Positions 12,451 through 26,561 of a stretch of 64,000 nt of DNA are shown in pieces (the first letter of the stretch is position 1; each line of letters opens with the position of its first letter). The DNA is from Eledone cirrhosa. Its lineage: Eukaryota. The notes below the pieces were generated by a model. The model was not told where the DNA came from and searched no databases. It saw nothing but the letters and a program-made list of their open reading frames with translations. The position numbers and the translations under genes were made by a program. The stretch covers positions 101,370,001 through 101,434,000 of the forward strand of contig OZ024745.1 of the NCBI GenBank assembly GCA_964016885.1, read 5' to 3'.

Positions 12451-12626
12451 ATGGGGGTGCTGGAAGGTACCTGGTTTTAAGAGTATCGTGAGAGGGTACA
12501 GCTTTACAGGAGATCTTGAACAACTATTTAGAAGTTCATATTACTGCTTATTCAGACATTAGACAGTGTTGATAATGATGTATTTTCTTTTCCCCAAAGT
12601 CAGGAACTTTTCACCACCCCCTCGTA
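12451..12626. mobile_element. mariner-like MITE
   Basis: Imperfect TIRs GGGGGTGCTGGAAGGTACCTG / CAGGAACTTTTCACCACCCCCTCG|TA. Confidence 0.55.
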
Positions 12627-13155
12627 TATAATGGTATTCATTATAACGGGATTTTACCTGTATATATATATATATATTCTTGTAGCCACCAACCCTTACT
12701 TTTCTACTTCTTCATTCTCTTCCTTCTCTTCTCCCCTCTTTCTGTCTTCCTCCCGCAGACTTATCTTCCTTCCCCCTTTTTGTTTGCCTATATCTGACCG
12801 GTCGTAGTTGTTTAGATACGGGTCCCGTAGAATAAAAAAATGTCTTCGCGACAATCCTGGCCTGACTGTAATACCGACCTTTCCTTCTCTTTTTTTCTGT
12901 CTTTCTTCTTATAGCTGACATTAACCCTGGTTTCTCTTCTTCTTCCTTCCCCCTTCTTCTCTCTCCCTCCTTTCTTTTGTCTTGTGGCATGAGATTAACG
13001 CTAACTTATGTTCCCATCCCTTTCTGTTTTCCTTTATCTGACCGGTAGTAGCACACTGTAAGCTTTAGCCACGTCACTCGAGGACGACCGGCTAAGGTAG
13101 AAGGTACAGGATAGCGATCGCCCTTTATCTATTACATTCACGTATTATATTTCGA

Positions 13156-13213
13156 ATACCTGATGATATCACCGGATTCATACGGAACCCGGTCATTGAA
13201 ATGATCATAGTAT
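13156..13213 (+). ncRNA. Minimal hammerhead ribozyme motif
   Basis: ATAC-CTGATGA-T-[ATCACCGG..CCGGTCAT]-T-GAAA-T-GATC-A-TA-GTAT with a palindromic GATC loop. Followed by AATAAA and a short fold-back at ~13236-13312. Confidence 0.85.
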
Positions 13214-13528
13214 AATAAACCTTTCAAGGATTTAATTTACACAAATCCAGCCTCCTGTCATTTCATTATATTATATATAATGAAATGACAGGAGGCTGGA
13301 TTTGTGTAAATTTATTTATAACAGATTCGAAGCACTCGACAAGTTTTCTGGAATATAATATGAATGATATTAATAAATGGAAACTATATTTATAAAACCA
13401 TCGTCCCTTTACGATCTGAGTTCAAACCCCGCCGAGGTTGACTTTGCCTTTCATCCTTACGGGGTCGATAAAATAAAGTACCAGTAATGCACTAGGATAA
13501 TTGATGGCCTTGTGCCAAAAGTAGAAAC

Positions 13529-13579
<51 letters not shown>

Positions 13580-13623
13580 TCAATGATATTAATAAATGGA
13601 AACTATGTTTATAAAAACATATT

Positions 13624-13684
13624 TATTTTATTATATATATTTCAAGAGTACCAACGTTTTGGTATGCGCTCATCAGATAAAATA
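13624..13684 (-). ncRNA. Minimal hammerhead ribozyme motif (left arm of palindrome)
   Basis: Reverse complement of 13808-13868. Confidence 0.78.
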
Positions 13685-13807
13685 CAAAATTTGTTTAATA
13701 AATGTTGCCATACCCAAGAAACCAGACCTTATCGGTTCAGTTTGATTGAACCTGAACCGATAGGGTCTGGTTTCTTGGGTATGTCAACATTTATAAAACA
13801 AATTTTG

Positions 13808-13868
13808 TATTTTATCTGATGAGCGCATACCAAAACGTTGGTACTCTTGAAATATATATAATAAAATA
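13808..13868 (+). ncRNA. Minimal hammerhead ribozyme motif (TATTTTAT family)
   Basis: TATTTTAT-CTGATGA-[GCGCATACCAA AACG TTGGTACTCTT]-GAAA-T-ATAT-A-TA-ATAAAATA. The base of stem II is imperfect. Confidence 0.78.
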
Positions 13869-13999
13869 AATATGGTTTTATAAATATAGTTTCCATTTAT
13901 TAATATCATTCATATTATATTCCAGAAAACTTGTAGAGTGCTTCGAATCTGTTATAAATAAATTTGTTGAATAACCAACAAATTAAATATCTCTTTGCT

Positions 14000-14030
<31 letters not shown>

Positions 14031-14054
14031 TTAAGGATACTATTCATTGAAAAA

Positions 14055-14106
14055 TTACTCCGAAGACTCCAAACCACCTCGGTTTGGAAGAAACAATTGT
14101 AAGCGA
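14055..14106 (+). ncRNA. Minimal hammerhead motif, U4C variant (family of 2317-2365)
   Basis: TTACT-CCGAAGA-C-TCCAAACC(ACCTC)GGTTTGGA-A-GAAAC-AATT-GTA-AGCGA. Confidence 0.65.
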
Positions 14107-14153
14107 ATAAATGGTTTGAATAGAACTTTGATTCATGTAATTTCTGTATGTAT

Positions 14154-14288
<135 letters not shown>

Positions 14289-14300
14289 GTGTGTGTGTGT

Positions 14301-14931
14301 GTAGGTAGGAGTTCCCTTGAAAAGTTGGCTTGCCTCACAACAATGTTGGATCCCTATGATGTAGGATTGTTGCATACTGACCAGCGAAACTGTACAGTCG
14401 GGACATTGAGGAAAAAATAGGTATATATCTGTGTCTATTACTTCTTACTTTATAATTTATTAAATATATATATATACATACATATATATATATATATAAT
14501 ATAATTGTTTCTACTTTAGGCACAAGGCCAGCAATTACCCAGTGCATTACTGGTACTTTATTTTATCGACCCCGTAAGGATGAAAAGCAAAGTCAACCTC
14601 GGCGGGATTTGAACTCAGATCGTAAAGGGACGTAACTATGCTGGAAAGCATGGCGCCCGACCCTCTACCGATATATTATAATATATATATAATATATATA
14701 TAATATATATATAATATATATATATATAATATATATATATATTATATATATATATGTATATATATATTTAACAAATTATAAAGTAAGAAGAAGTAATAGA
14801 AACAGATATATACCTATTTTTTCTTCAATGTCCCGACTGTACAGTTTCGCTGGTCAGTATGCAACAATCCTACATCATAGGGATCCAACATTGTTGTGAG
14901 GCAAGCCAACCTTTCAAGGGAACTCCTACCT

Positions 14932-14935
<4 letters not shown>
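14301..14935. repeat. Inverted repeat (arms ~14301-14465 and ~14768-14935) with a SINE A copy and TA tract between
   Basis: GTAGGTAGGAGTTCCCTTGAAA... versus ...TTTCAAGGGAACTCCTACCTAC. SINE A lies at 14502-14672 on the minus strand. Confidence 0.9.
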
Positions 14936-14966
<31 letters not shown>

Positions 14967-14968
<2 letters not shown>

Positions 14969-15603
14969 AATGGAAAAGAATGAAACGAAATTTCATTTCT
15001 CACTCATAGTACGGCTGATACTTAAATGTAAGTAAGTATGTATACGTACATACATATATGTGTACAGATGTACAGTAGTATGTATATATATACATACATG
15101 CACACATATATATATGTACGTAGGGGTTTACCGAACATTTATTATAATGTTCGGTTTGTTTGTAAACAAACAGCCCGAATTACTCCGTACAGTATTCAGG
15201 CAACCATCGCCTTTTTGTTCAACACTGACACAGGAACGATGTACTAGTTTCAAGCTTATTAGCTATCGTCAGCTTCGTACACCTTCCTGCCAGATGATTG
15301 AACGTCTGAAAGTATATACTTTCCTTATGCATATTAACGGCTGAGCAGCCTAATTTGCATATCGAGTGAGTTAGTCGGCCGGGCGCACCGAAAACGATAA
15401 ATGGAAAAAGAATGAAACGAAATTTCATTTCTCACTCTTAGTACGGCTGATACCTAAATATAAGTATGTATGTACACGTACATACATATATGTATACAGA
15501 CGTACAGTAGTATGTATATATATACATACATACACACATATATATATATGTACGTATGGGTTTACCGAACATTTATTATAATGTTCCGTTTGTTTGTAAA
15601 CAA
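14967..15603 (-). mobile_element. Second locus of the ~430-nt HHR monomer repeat (~1.5 tandem units)
   Basis: AAATGGAAAAGAATGAAACGAAATTTCATTTCTCACTC occurs at ~14968 and ~15398. High similarity to 780-1812. Confidence 0.85.
15236..15278 (-). ncRNA. Minimal hammerhead ribozyme motif
   Basis: Minus strand reads ACGAAG-CTGACGA-TAGCTAATAAGCTT-GAAAC-TA-GTA-CATCGT, with one stem I mismatch. Confidence 0.8.
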
Positions 15604-15937
15604 ATGTGGTAAGTTGGGTAATTGAAAATTTCGAAATATTTCTCACAGGTGGCGTGATAAATACGTCAGACCTTCAATTTGCTATGTTAATAATTCAATC
15701 AGCAGTTGTTGTTGTTGTTTTTCAAGCTGAAAGGAATAAAGTATATAATTATATGTAACTTGGAATAGATACTTTAAAGGTTTATTTGGATAGGAATACA
15801 CTTTATATTCGGTGGTTAAGAGTGCTCGGCTATCTGTCTTGATTTTGATGCAGTCAGCTCAATAATAATAATTTTGTACTCTTTTGTTTTCATCATATCT
15901 TCATTCGGACGAAGCTTTATATTATGTTACGTATAAT

Positions 15938-16142
15938 TCTTTCTACTTTAGGCACAAGGCCAGTAATTTGAAGGGGAGGGGAAAATCGATTAAATCGGCC
16001 CCAGTACATTACTGGTACTTTTATCAACCCCGTAAGGATGAAAGGCAAAGCTATCCTCTGCAGGATTTGAACACAGAACGTAAAGGGGCGTAACTCTATG
16101 CTGCAAGGCATGTTGTTTCGGCGCTCTACCGATACTGCCAAT
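15938..16142 (-). mobile_element. SINE family A
   Basis: Reverse-complement match to the 6103-6320 variant. Confidence 0.8.
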
Positions 16143-18534
16143 ACGTATAATGATGACTAGAAGGAAGGTATATTGAAATGGTTTCTTCTTGCCATAAACT
16201 GATAGGTATGGAACTTAAAATGTCTTCATGATAAACCACAGCTGTAGTAAATGGATTTGTAACTTAAACGGGATGAAAAGAATGCCGGATGGCAACAGTA
16301 TGATGATTTGAGCCAAACAATCTAACGTTCAATCTACACTTCAATTCTTCTGCATCGCTAGTCAACCAAACCCATCTGAAGCTCACACAGAAACAATTTA
16401 CACTGAAGTATGACGAAATATTGAGAAGCAATGTGGAACCATCAATGATGCCACAAGAACATTTACCCATTAATCAATATGCCGGCACTAAAACAATGCC
16501 ACCATATGCAATTCTTTTTGACTCTAATTATAGATTTAATATTCTAATTAATTTATTCAGTAGTTATTACTATGTAATATTCTTTCTTACTAGCATGTTC
16601 TATGTGAGGCTAATTTCAACAACAGGCTGTTCTTGGTAAATATTGTATTACAAATTTTCCAAATTATCATTGTTAACTTATAAGGTCTAGATGGCATTTC
16701 AGTCACAGGTGAAATAGTCACTATTCAATTAAAGCTAAGAGAAATATTTTATACTCCAAATTAGTAAAAAAACAATGGTAGCTATTCCAAGATATTTCAG
16801 ATCTTGAACAGAAGTGAAAAGAAAAGCAATAATTAATTTATTTATTCTACGAGGAGATACACATGAACAAAAGTTAATGTTTGTGTTTAGCAATAAAGAG
16901 CGGGGGGAGAAGGGAAAGGAGGAGCAAGCGAGAGTTGCTGTGAGATAAAAGCATGGACATTTCGAGAGCTTATCAGGTCAGACAAAAATCTCCAGTTGAT
17001 TGTTTATTTACAAGGATTCGTGTGATAAGAACGTAGTGTTGTGTTAATTAGTGTATAAGGCGTTGGCTAAAGAAAAAAAGAATGAGATAAAGTAATAAAA
17101 TATTTTAACAAATAGTGAGAAAAGAGTTGACTAACTGCTTCACTTCAACTGCAATAATATCAGTGATGCTGATGATATCAACATTAAATTGACATATTAT
17201 TTACAGTTTTGAATCAAAATTAATGATCCCAGAGGCTAGACAGCTTGATGCTACCAAATGTAAGACATTGTTGATAGTTTTATCAGCTTAAAAGAAAAAT
17301 TATCCCTACATATTTCTGTGGAGAACAAGCGATGGAACTGAAACCAAATCTTTAATAGTTTCCAACCTCCAGTTGGGAATATGGCGAATGTATATCAGAC
17401 ACGTATGAAAACGACGTGTTGAGATTTTTCTTTCGCAGGAATACGTTTCCTTGTTGGTTTTGGTTTCTTTTAATAGGCTGAGCGATTGAAAAGATTGGTT
17501 TCATTGCAAAGAACACCGAGACAGTGTGAACGATATAGGGAAGATAGTGTCAGTATATTGAAATAAAAATAATCTGAGCTGCAAAACTTAAACAAACATT
17601 TGAAGAAAGAGAATGAGGAAAGGATAGAAATGTGTGTATAAAAGTAGGGACAAAATATAACATTAAAATACGTTTATGTGGGATCTTAAGATCGTCGGTC
17701 ACCGCTGAAAACTTTGCTGGGTTAAAGTGGTCGGAGATAAGGATTAACTATAGAAATAAGAGCCATTTAAGTAGTGTTATGTTAAAGTCGTTGGCAGTAT
17801 ATGTTAAAACTTGATAGAAATAACTATTCGTACATTATCTACAGGCAGTGTATCAGGGTAGCCCACCCATCTTCCAAAGCTCCAGAATATCGAAATTCGA
17901 TTCAATGCCAACAACCCTCATTATTAATTATATCCATTAGAGAGACAAAGCTGCACTAATTATAAAACAACATACAGATCTATATCTTAGATCACGATTT
18001 TGGATGAACACAGACGATAAAAGCACCGAGAATCTTTAAAGTCATCCTATCTCTTAAAACAAGCTATAGTATATCAAACAAAATATACCAGAATGTAACA
18101 AAGAAAATGATTAAACTTAATCAAGACTCACTTAAAATATATTGAAAGTATTATTGTTACATATTATATGACTGAAATTTGATTTAAATATATCTATATT
18201 CTTTTCTGAGTCTCAGTAGCCGGACTGCGGCCTTGCTGTGGCACCATCATCAAGTGGACATAATCGATTATATCAGCCTAGTACTTTGTTTGGTACTTGT
18301 TTCAGCGATCTCGTAAGAAATAAAAGACAAAGTGTTCAATCAGTCCACATCTATACACAAACAAACCTGATTCCAGATAGAACTTTGCAGGGAAAATGAT
18401 TGTCTTCGGACCCCTTTCTGCAAACTGAAAATCCAAATATATAAGAAACCCGAATTGAGTTTTTCAATAAATATAATGATATAACATGAACTTTTAAAAT
18501 CTATTTTCTATCTTTGCAGCAAACTATCTCTATC

Positions 18535-18802
18535 TACCTAGGGTAAAATTCCTGAGATCCATGGACGAGTTCTCTGCAGCAGTCTCTGTCCCTCATCATC
18601 GCTGCCATGTCTCTAAGAGATCGGTGTCTGTCCTTAAGGCATCTACATATGTCAATCTCGGTTTCCCTCTTCTAGTGTGTCCGTGCAGGGGCTCCCACAG
18701 GAGCACTAACTGCAGTGTCAACTCTGGATGTCGGTGAGCATGTCCAGCTAACCTCAGTCTCTTCTGTGCTACTTTCGAGCTGACTTTTGGGAGGCTCCCA
18801 TA
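18535..18802 (-). mobile_element. 3' fragment of an RTE-superclade LINE (same family as 49182-50250)
   Basis: YGSLPKVSSKVAQKRLRLAGHAHRHPE..LLWEPLHG..GKPRLTYVD. Confidence 0.88.
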
Positions 18803-19371
18803 GCAAACTATGGCTATGATAAAATATGAGTAAAGTGGATGGCGTTTGGTGTACATTATGACTGCATAATTGAACATAATGGCAGTTTAACTTTCGTACA
18901 TACTTTATTCCTTGCAAACTAGAATGGCCAAAAGGAAACAAAAAACTATATACAAAGCAAATTAAAAAAGTGGCACCAATGTTATGTCAAAATATAAAAA
19001 TACTAAGAAAAATACATCTTTTTTTAAAGTAAATCATTCATAATACTGTGCAGTAAATTTCTTGCTTTATGTACAGGAAATTATTTCGTCCAGACAATAA
19101 TAAAAAATAAAATTTTAACTTGGTAAAATAGAAGCAGTTTCCTGAAAGACATTATCCCTATAAAAGGAATAGATCAATGGATCATTGCATTATTTTACAA
19201 AGGTTAGAAAACATATTGCTTTATATGTATTTTATTATTGTTGTGTTTTTACCAGCACCTGACTGTTTTCCCTATAAAATGAATATTTTATAGGGAAACA
19301 ATCAGGTACTGGTAAAAAGACAACAATAATAAAATACCTAGAAAGCAATATGTTTTCTAACCTTTGTAAAA

Positions 19372-19553
19372 TAATTGTTTCTACTTTAGGCACAAGGCCA
19401 GCAATTACCCAGTGCATTACTGGTACTTTATTTTATCGACCTCGTAAGGATGAAAGGCAAAGTCAACCTCGGCGGGATTTGAACTCAGATCGTAAAGGGA
19501 CGTAACTATGCTGGAAAGCATGGCGTCCGACCCTCTACCGATACTGCCAATCC
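19372..19553 (-). mobile_element. SINE family A
   Basis: Near-identical to 12200-12388. Confidence 0.88.
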
Positions 19554-21538
19554 AGGAAGGAGTCAATGAAGGTTTTCTTTTTAGGGAAGAGCCGTCTTCT
19601 GACGGTTTCAGATCGATATATCGGCTCCCCCCACCCTCACAAACATACATTCGTCCGAGGGACTTCAGCACAGTTTCCGTTTACTAAATTTCACTCACAA
19701 GGTTTTGTTCGATCCGAAAGTATGGTAGAAGACATTTGCCCACGGTGCTATGCAGTGGTGTCAAAAGTGGAGCCAGGTAGTTACGGAGTAAATTTCTTAA
19801 TCACAAGACAGTGTAAATATTTCTTTATGAAATTGTTGAAGATTGCTGCTTAATGCTTTCAATGCCAACCAGTCTGAGATCGTTATATCGAACTGTTCAA
19901 ATTTAAATATAAATTTCAATTGAAATTTTATTATTAAATTTATGATAAAAGCGGCACCTCAGAATCAGTAAAAAATACCATGCGATATTTAATTAAATCC
20001 CTTCACTTTCTGGCCTTTTCCCAATGCAAACGGGAGCTTATCTTGTGCACCTTTTAGACCTCAGTAGGTATGCATCGCTCGTCAATAGCCCATTACTGAG
20101 CAGCCAGCTGAAGCACCAGGCACATTATCATATCAATCCTAATACTAGAACTGCACTTATTGATCCTGGGAGGGTGATAAACAGTCGACTTGGGTTAAAT
20201 TTGAACTCAAAACGATAAGATTTATAACTAAATAGCACTAGACATTTTGTCTGACGATTCTGCCAGTCCATCGCCTTTCTGTCTCTGAGTTATAATCCCA
20301 CTGGTGGAGGACTTTGCCTTTCATTCCCTTGGGTTGATAATGCAAATTTTAGAAATAATTATTGCACCCATGGTAAAGTATATCAGTGTAAACTTGTATT
20401 TTATTGTATTTCAAATACCACCAAAGTGGAAACCTCTTTGCCTTAACTGAAACCTTTTTCATTTATTGGTTTCGGCTAGAGAAAAGACTTGTGTCCATGA
20501 CCTTCGCAGATCCTCTTACACCAGTGAGATCGACTCTTGGAAATTGGCAAATAACAGCTAAATTTCCCTAAAATCGCACTCTAAAAAAGTTAGATGTTGA
20601 ACAATGTAGTCGTCCTAGATACAGTGTCTGTAAAAACAGACAAACAAACAAACAAAACAAGATGTCTTGAATTCGTTTGCTTAATCCGAAGCTAGCTAAA
20701 CAACTCAAAAAGTTACGAAACACCATCAATTTCTTAGTTACTTTGAAAATAAAATTAGACACATAAGCAATGTACAGTAATGAATAATGTTAGGATATTT
20801 ATTTTCTCTAAAGAATATGTAGTCAGGAAATATATTTACGCCTTGATTTCAGCCTTAATCTAAAATTTCAACAGATTTGCATGTTAATCTTTTAGAATAC
20901 TATATTTAGAAACTAGTTTACCGTGCTATCAAAAGATGACAGATTTTTAAATGTCTTTGAGACGAAATTTCCTTTTCATAATAATTTTTTGATATTTCTC
21001 TAATTTCCCTTTAGATTTTGACAGTTTAATTTGAGCTTTCTTTCCACTACTTTATATTTTATATTTTTAAGAATTATATCATGTAGTCAAAACGAAATAC
21101 ACACATACATACAAAAAATGATTATGACACACCTACTATGTATGATGTCGTCACGCTCAGCTTGTGTAGGCAGAGGAGTTGCAACACTATACCTAGCCCA
21201 GCACGTCATTATAGGTTTTGAGAGTAATAAAAAGTAATTCTTAAATTTAACCCTCCTTTGACACTTCTATTTCAATTTATAGCATAAAAATGGATGCAAT
21301 GGCACTATTCAACTCATACAGTTCTAGTTCGAATAGATATAATAGAAAATTCTATATTAAAGTTAAAAAACATACATTATACTGTATATATATATATTAT
21401 ATATTATATTATATTATATTATATTATATTATATTATATTATATTAGTAGAACACTGGTGGGTTATATCCATAGTAGATCACTCAGTCCAAGGGACGAGT
21501 TTGGTAGAAGTAGTTCCACAACAGTTAGTTCACCATTT

Positions 21539-21579
21539 TCGAGAACAATTGTTTCACCTTAGTCAGATCATCAGCTTGG
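21539..21579 (-). ncRNA. Minimal hammerhead motif (left arm of palindrome)
   Basis: Minus strand reads CCAAG-CTGATGA-TCTGACTAAGGT-GAAAC-AATT-GTT-CTCGA. Confidence 0.68.
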
Positions 21580-21665
21580 TTTAAATGAGATTATACGGAA
21601 AAGGAAAAACAATTATAAAAATATTTATATAATTGTTTTTCCATTTCCGTATAATCTCATTTAAA

Positions 21666-21706
21666 CCAAGCTGATGATCTGAGTAAGGTGAAACAATTGT
21701 TCTCGG
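21666..21706 (+). ncRNA. Minimal hammerhead motif (family of 10492-10531)
   Basis: CCAAG-CTGATGA-TCTGAGTAAGGT-GAAAC-AATT-GTT-CTCGG. Confidence 0.7.
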
Positions 21707-22493
21707 AAATGGTGAATTAAATGTTGTGGAACTACTATATATATATATTATATATATAGTTAACTTATAATCGTTAACATATCTATCATTAGTTTTGTAT
21801 CAGTTTTTCCAGACTTGGCTGAGACTCTTTCAGTCAGCGCCACAGTGAAAAATTTTGCTAGGCAGCCTATTTTTGGACAATAATGGGCAGGGTTTGATGG
21901 GACCTTCTCAAAATTCAAGAGGCCGATAGAACATTTTTTTCATGGGCTTATTTAAACTAATGTTTCCAATTGAAGTTTAGTCTTATATGTGTTGTCTTCA
22001 GCACAGCTTTTTGCTATCTCGTGAGGTTTGGCATTCTCAGATCAAATTTACCATTTTTCATGTTTTCCTCTTCTGCAAAATTCTTCCACTTTTATCACTT
22101 GACACTTCTTTACCCAACTGTCATCCTTCCTACGCATTGTTGGACAAAATGCCTTGAGGTATTTAGTTACAGCTTTTATATTTTAAGTTTAAATCCTACT
22201 GATTGTGACTTTCGCTCTCCCCCAGAATTTAGGAACTTGTGCCTAAGTCAGAAGTTATAATTATTATTATCAAAAGGGTGATGGATTGTCAACATTAGTA
22301 GTATTAGGATAAAATGCTTTATGGCATTTGGTTGTGTCTCTTCACTTTTTCAGGTCAAATGCTGTGAATTCTTTATAGTATAATTATTCTGAGTTCAAAT
22401 TCTATATATATATATATATATATGGAATTTGAACTCAGAATAATTATACTATAAAGCATTCATAAAGCATATATATATATATATATAATATAA

Positions 22494-23229
22494 CTAGCAG
22501 AATGGCCCGGTGTTGTTCGGGCTTCTAAACATAGATTGGCATGTTTATCCCTCCTTTCTGAAACAGTACAGAGAAGGACGGAATACCTCAGCATGGGGAT
22601 GATGTCTACATTTTGTGCTTATAAAAAAAATTCGTCATAGATTACCAGGGGTTTAACTTAATTGGGTGCCTGAGAGTAAAAAGTTCAACCCACGAAAGCC
22701 ATGACGATAGGGTTAAGTAAAAAGGCATTCGACAAACCGAATATGTATTTGTTGTGAATGGTACAATGAAAGCTAAAGAGCAGTAAGTGCAGTGGTGGAG
22801 AGCATGAAGGAATTTAGTTGGATACTTTTAAGGTTACACATATCTACCCAATCTGATATAGACCGAACTGTTATATCGGATGCCGAACGCTTCGGAATTA
22901 CTATTGGGGTCACCATCAACAATTTCAAGGGATGTACGTTTAAGTAGGGATAATATAGTGTATAAAGAGAGGTAACTCTTTCAAAATACTAAAGAGTTGT
23001 CACTCTTGAACATTGTAGACAAAATAGCCGACAAAAAGGGCTTAAAGTTAGTGAAAAAAAAACGCCTTTAACAGCAGAAAATTGAAAAATAAAAGCTGCA
23101 GTTAATATCTTTAGACCGCAAGGAATATATAAATACAAGTTTGAAGTCAATTGGAGTAGAAATGTGGATTTGTATGGACTTTGCAAAAATTAGGACACAC
23201 ACACACACACAGACAATTTCAGTTTTATA

Positions 23230-23232
<3 letters not shown>
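22494..23232 (-). mobile_element. Non-autonomous Helitron-like element
   Basis: A|CTAGCAGAATGGCCCGGTGTTGTTCGGG is the reverse complement of the 3' end at 11375-11401. The other end is ACAGACAATTTCAGTTTTATATA. Confidence 0.68.
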
Positions 23233-23295
<63 letters not shown>

Positions 23296-23543
23296 GACTT
23301 ATTGTAAAGATGCAAATTACTAAAGAATATCAACCACCAGTTAAGTCATTCTTTCCCTTTTTTTTCAAATTTATCTTACCGTACCAAAGAATTCCCTCCA
23401 TTTTCTACTATATATATATATTTTTTACTATAAGTACAGATTATAATAAATATTTACTCTACGGATCTATCTATATAGATATATATATATAATCCTTATC
23501 AAGCCCTCTTTGGATTTTAGTCTTCACATTTATTCTTACTATA

Positions 23544-24581
<1,038 letters not shown>

Positions 24582-25229
24582 GATGTATATATCACACGAG
24601 GTTTGTCCCAAAAGTAAGAGTACTGATGTTTTATTTAAATGTATATTAGAAGTACGTGTAATTACAAGTTATCTCTTTCAAAATATGACCCTTGGGAAGT
24701 CACACAGTGGCTCCAACAATTTTTCTATGTTTTATGACATTTGGTTGTGTCTCTTCATGTTTTCAGGTCAATGAAAGAAATAACAATCAAATACTGTGAT
24801 TGCTTTGTAGTATTTTTATTCTGACTTCAAATTCCACTGGGGATTAATTTGCTTTTCACCCTGCCATGGATCAAATATCAGTCAGATATTGTGCTTATGC
24901 TCTTTGATAATCTGAGTTCATTTCCCACTGTAGTTAAATTTGTGCTTCACTTTATCTAAAACCTCTTATCATAATTTCATGTAAGAACCTTTATGTCTGC
25001 TCGAAACAGCAGCTGAATAAATCTCTCAAAATTCTCAGTTATTTTCAAAATTAATTGAATATCATAAAGTGTCTTTCATTAGAAATATGGTATCAATATG
25101 CCAATATTTTTCTGGGTATGATGAAATTAATAATGTATTTATATTTGTTTATGCTTTTGCTGCATTCCTTCATAAAATGGATCTCACATATTGTAATATA
25201 AGTTGTGTTTTACAAAAATATTTATCATT

Positions 25230-25412
25230 AGGTGAATTGGCAGTATCGGTAGAGGGTCGGACATGTTTTCCAGCATAGTTACGTCCCTTTATGAGCTGAG
25301 TTCAAATCCCGCCGAGGTTAACTTTGCATTTCATCCATACGGGGTCGATAAAATAAAGTACCAGTAATGTACTGGTTAATAGCTGGCCTTGTGCCAAAAG
25401 TAGAAACAATTA
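25230..25412 (+). mobile_element. SINE family A
   Basis: Matches 6329-6520. Confidence 0.88.
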
Positions 25413-26353
25413 TCTATATATATAAAACTGTGTGAGTTTGAATCCCTAAAACTCGAGAAATATCAAACCGACTGTTTTCAAACTTTACACATGTAATACT
25501 TATGTTTCAGGGAGTGTTCTGAGCAAAAAAATTTTCAATGCCCTAGGGACCGCATTAGGCGATTTAGCGTATAGTTCTTAGTCTTTCTCTTTTTAGATAG
25601 ATACATACATATAACTGTTTCTACGTTAGGCACAAGGCCAGCAATTACCCAGTGTATTACTGGTACTTTATACATACATATAACGTCGCGCCCTTGTAAT
25701 ATCTGTCTGCATTACGTCATTTCCCTGTGTGCGTGTGTGTGTCTGTGAGTTTGAATCCCTAAAGCTCGAGAAGTACCCAACAGACTTTTTTCAAACTTTA
25801 CATGTGTATTACTTATGTTTCAGGGAGTGTTATGCACATAAAAAATTCAACTTTTTGATCCCCTACGGCCCGCATTAGGTGCAAAACTGCGTTCTTTCAG
25901 GGTTTTAGGGGCTTTTGGGGGCGTTACGTCAGACAGATTTCCTTAAAATTGTAACTATGTATTAGTCAGTCTCTTCTTCATACTGTGAGCAAAGAAAATC
26001 CAACTTTTTATGGCCTAGGTGAAATGTATTATGTATTAGGTGAAATAAATTTATTTTTTCAGCTTTTTAGGGCTTTTTTGAGGCGTTACGTCTAGTCGAT
26101 TTTCCCGAAATTTCAAGGCATATTATGCACATTAAAAAAATTAATTTTCTTGATCCTCTAGGGCCCGCATTAGGTGAAAACCTACATTTTTCCTGTTTCA
26201 TCGAGGAAAATCTTAAAGATTATCCAGCCATCAGAGTATTCGGTTTATTTTCTTTACATATTGTCGAGGTATGCAGTTTTTCCACGATTAGGTCTGTTGG
26301 CAGCCCGCGTTCCAAAATACCTTATCCCGTGCAAAGCCGGGTATCACTGCTAG
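25413..26353 (+). mobile_element. Non-autonomous Helitron-like element with an internal duplication
   Basis: A|TC start. 3' CCCGTGCAAAGCCGGG hairpin then CTAG|T. Bases ~25428-25560 are repeated at ~25743-25880. Confidence 0.7.
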
Positions 26354-26561
26354 TTAATAATATAACAAAGGAATTTTAACCCTCATAGCATTGTTGTTCT
26401 ACTGAATTAAGAATCCAAATTAGTTCAGGTCAAATATTATTTGCTAGCTTTGTATGAATTGAATTAATACATCACTAGTTTCAGTTAGAAAAAATGTGCT
26501 GCTGGCTGATTGAACTGACAGGAATTGTGAGTATGTGAGTGAGTGAAGTAATATATATACA

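Noticed and set aside
16160-16560. Unique, more balanced-composition stretch with short ORFs on both strands
   Set aside because: No recognisable domain or paired splice sites.
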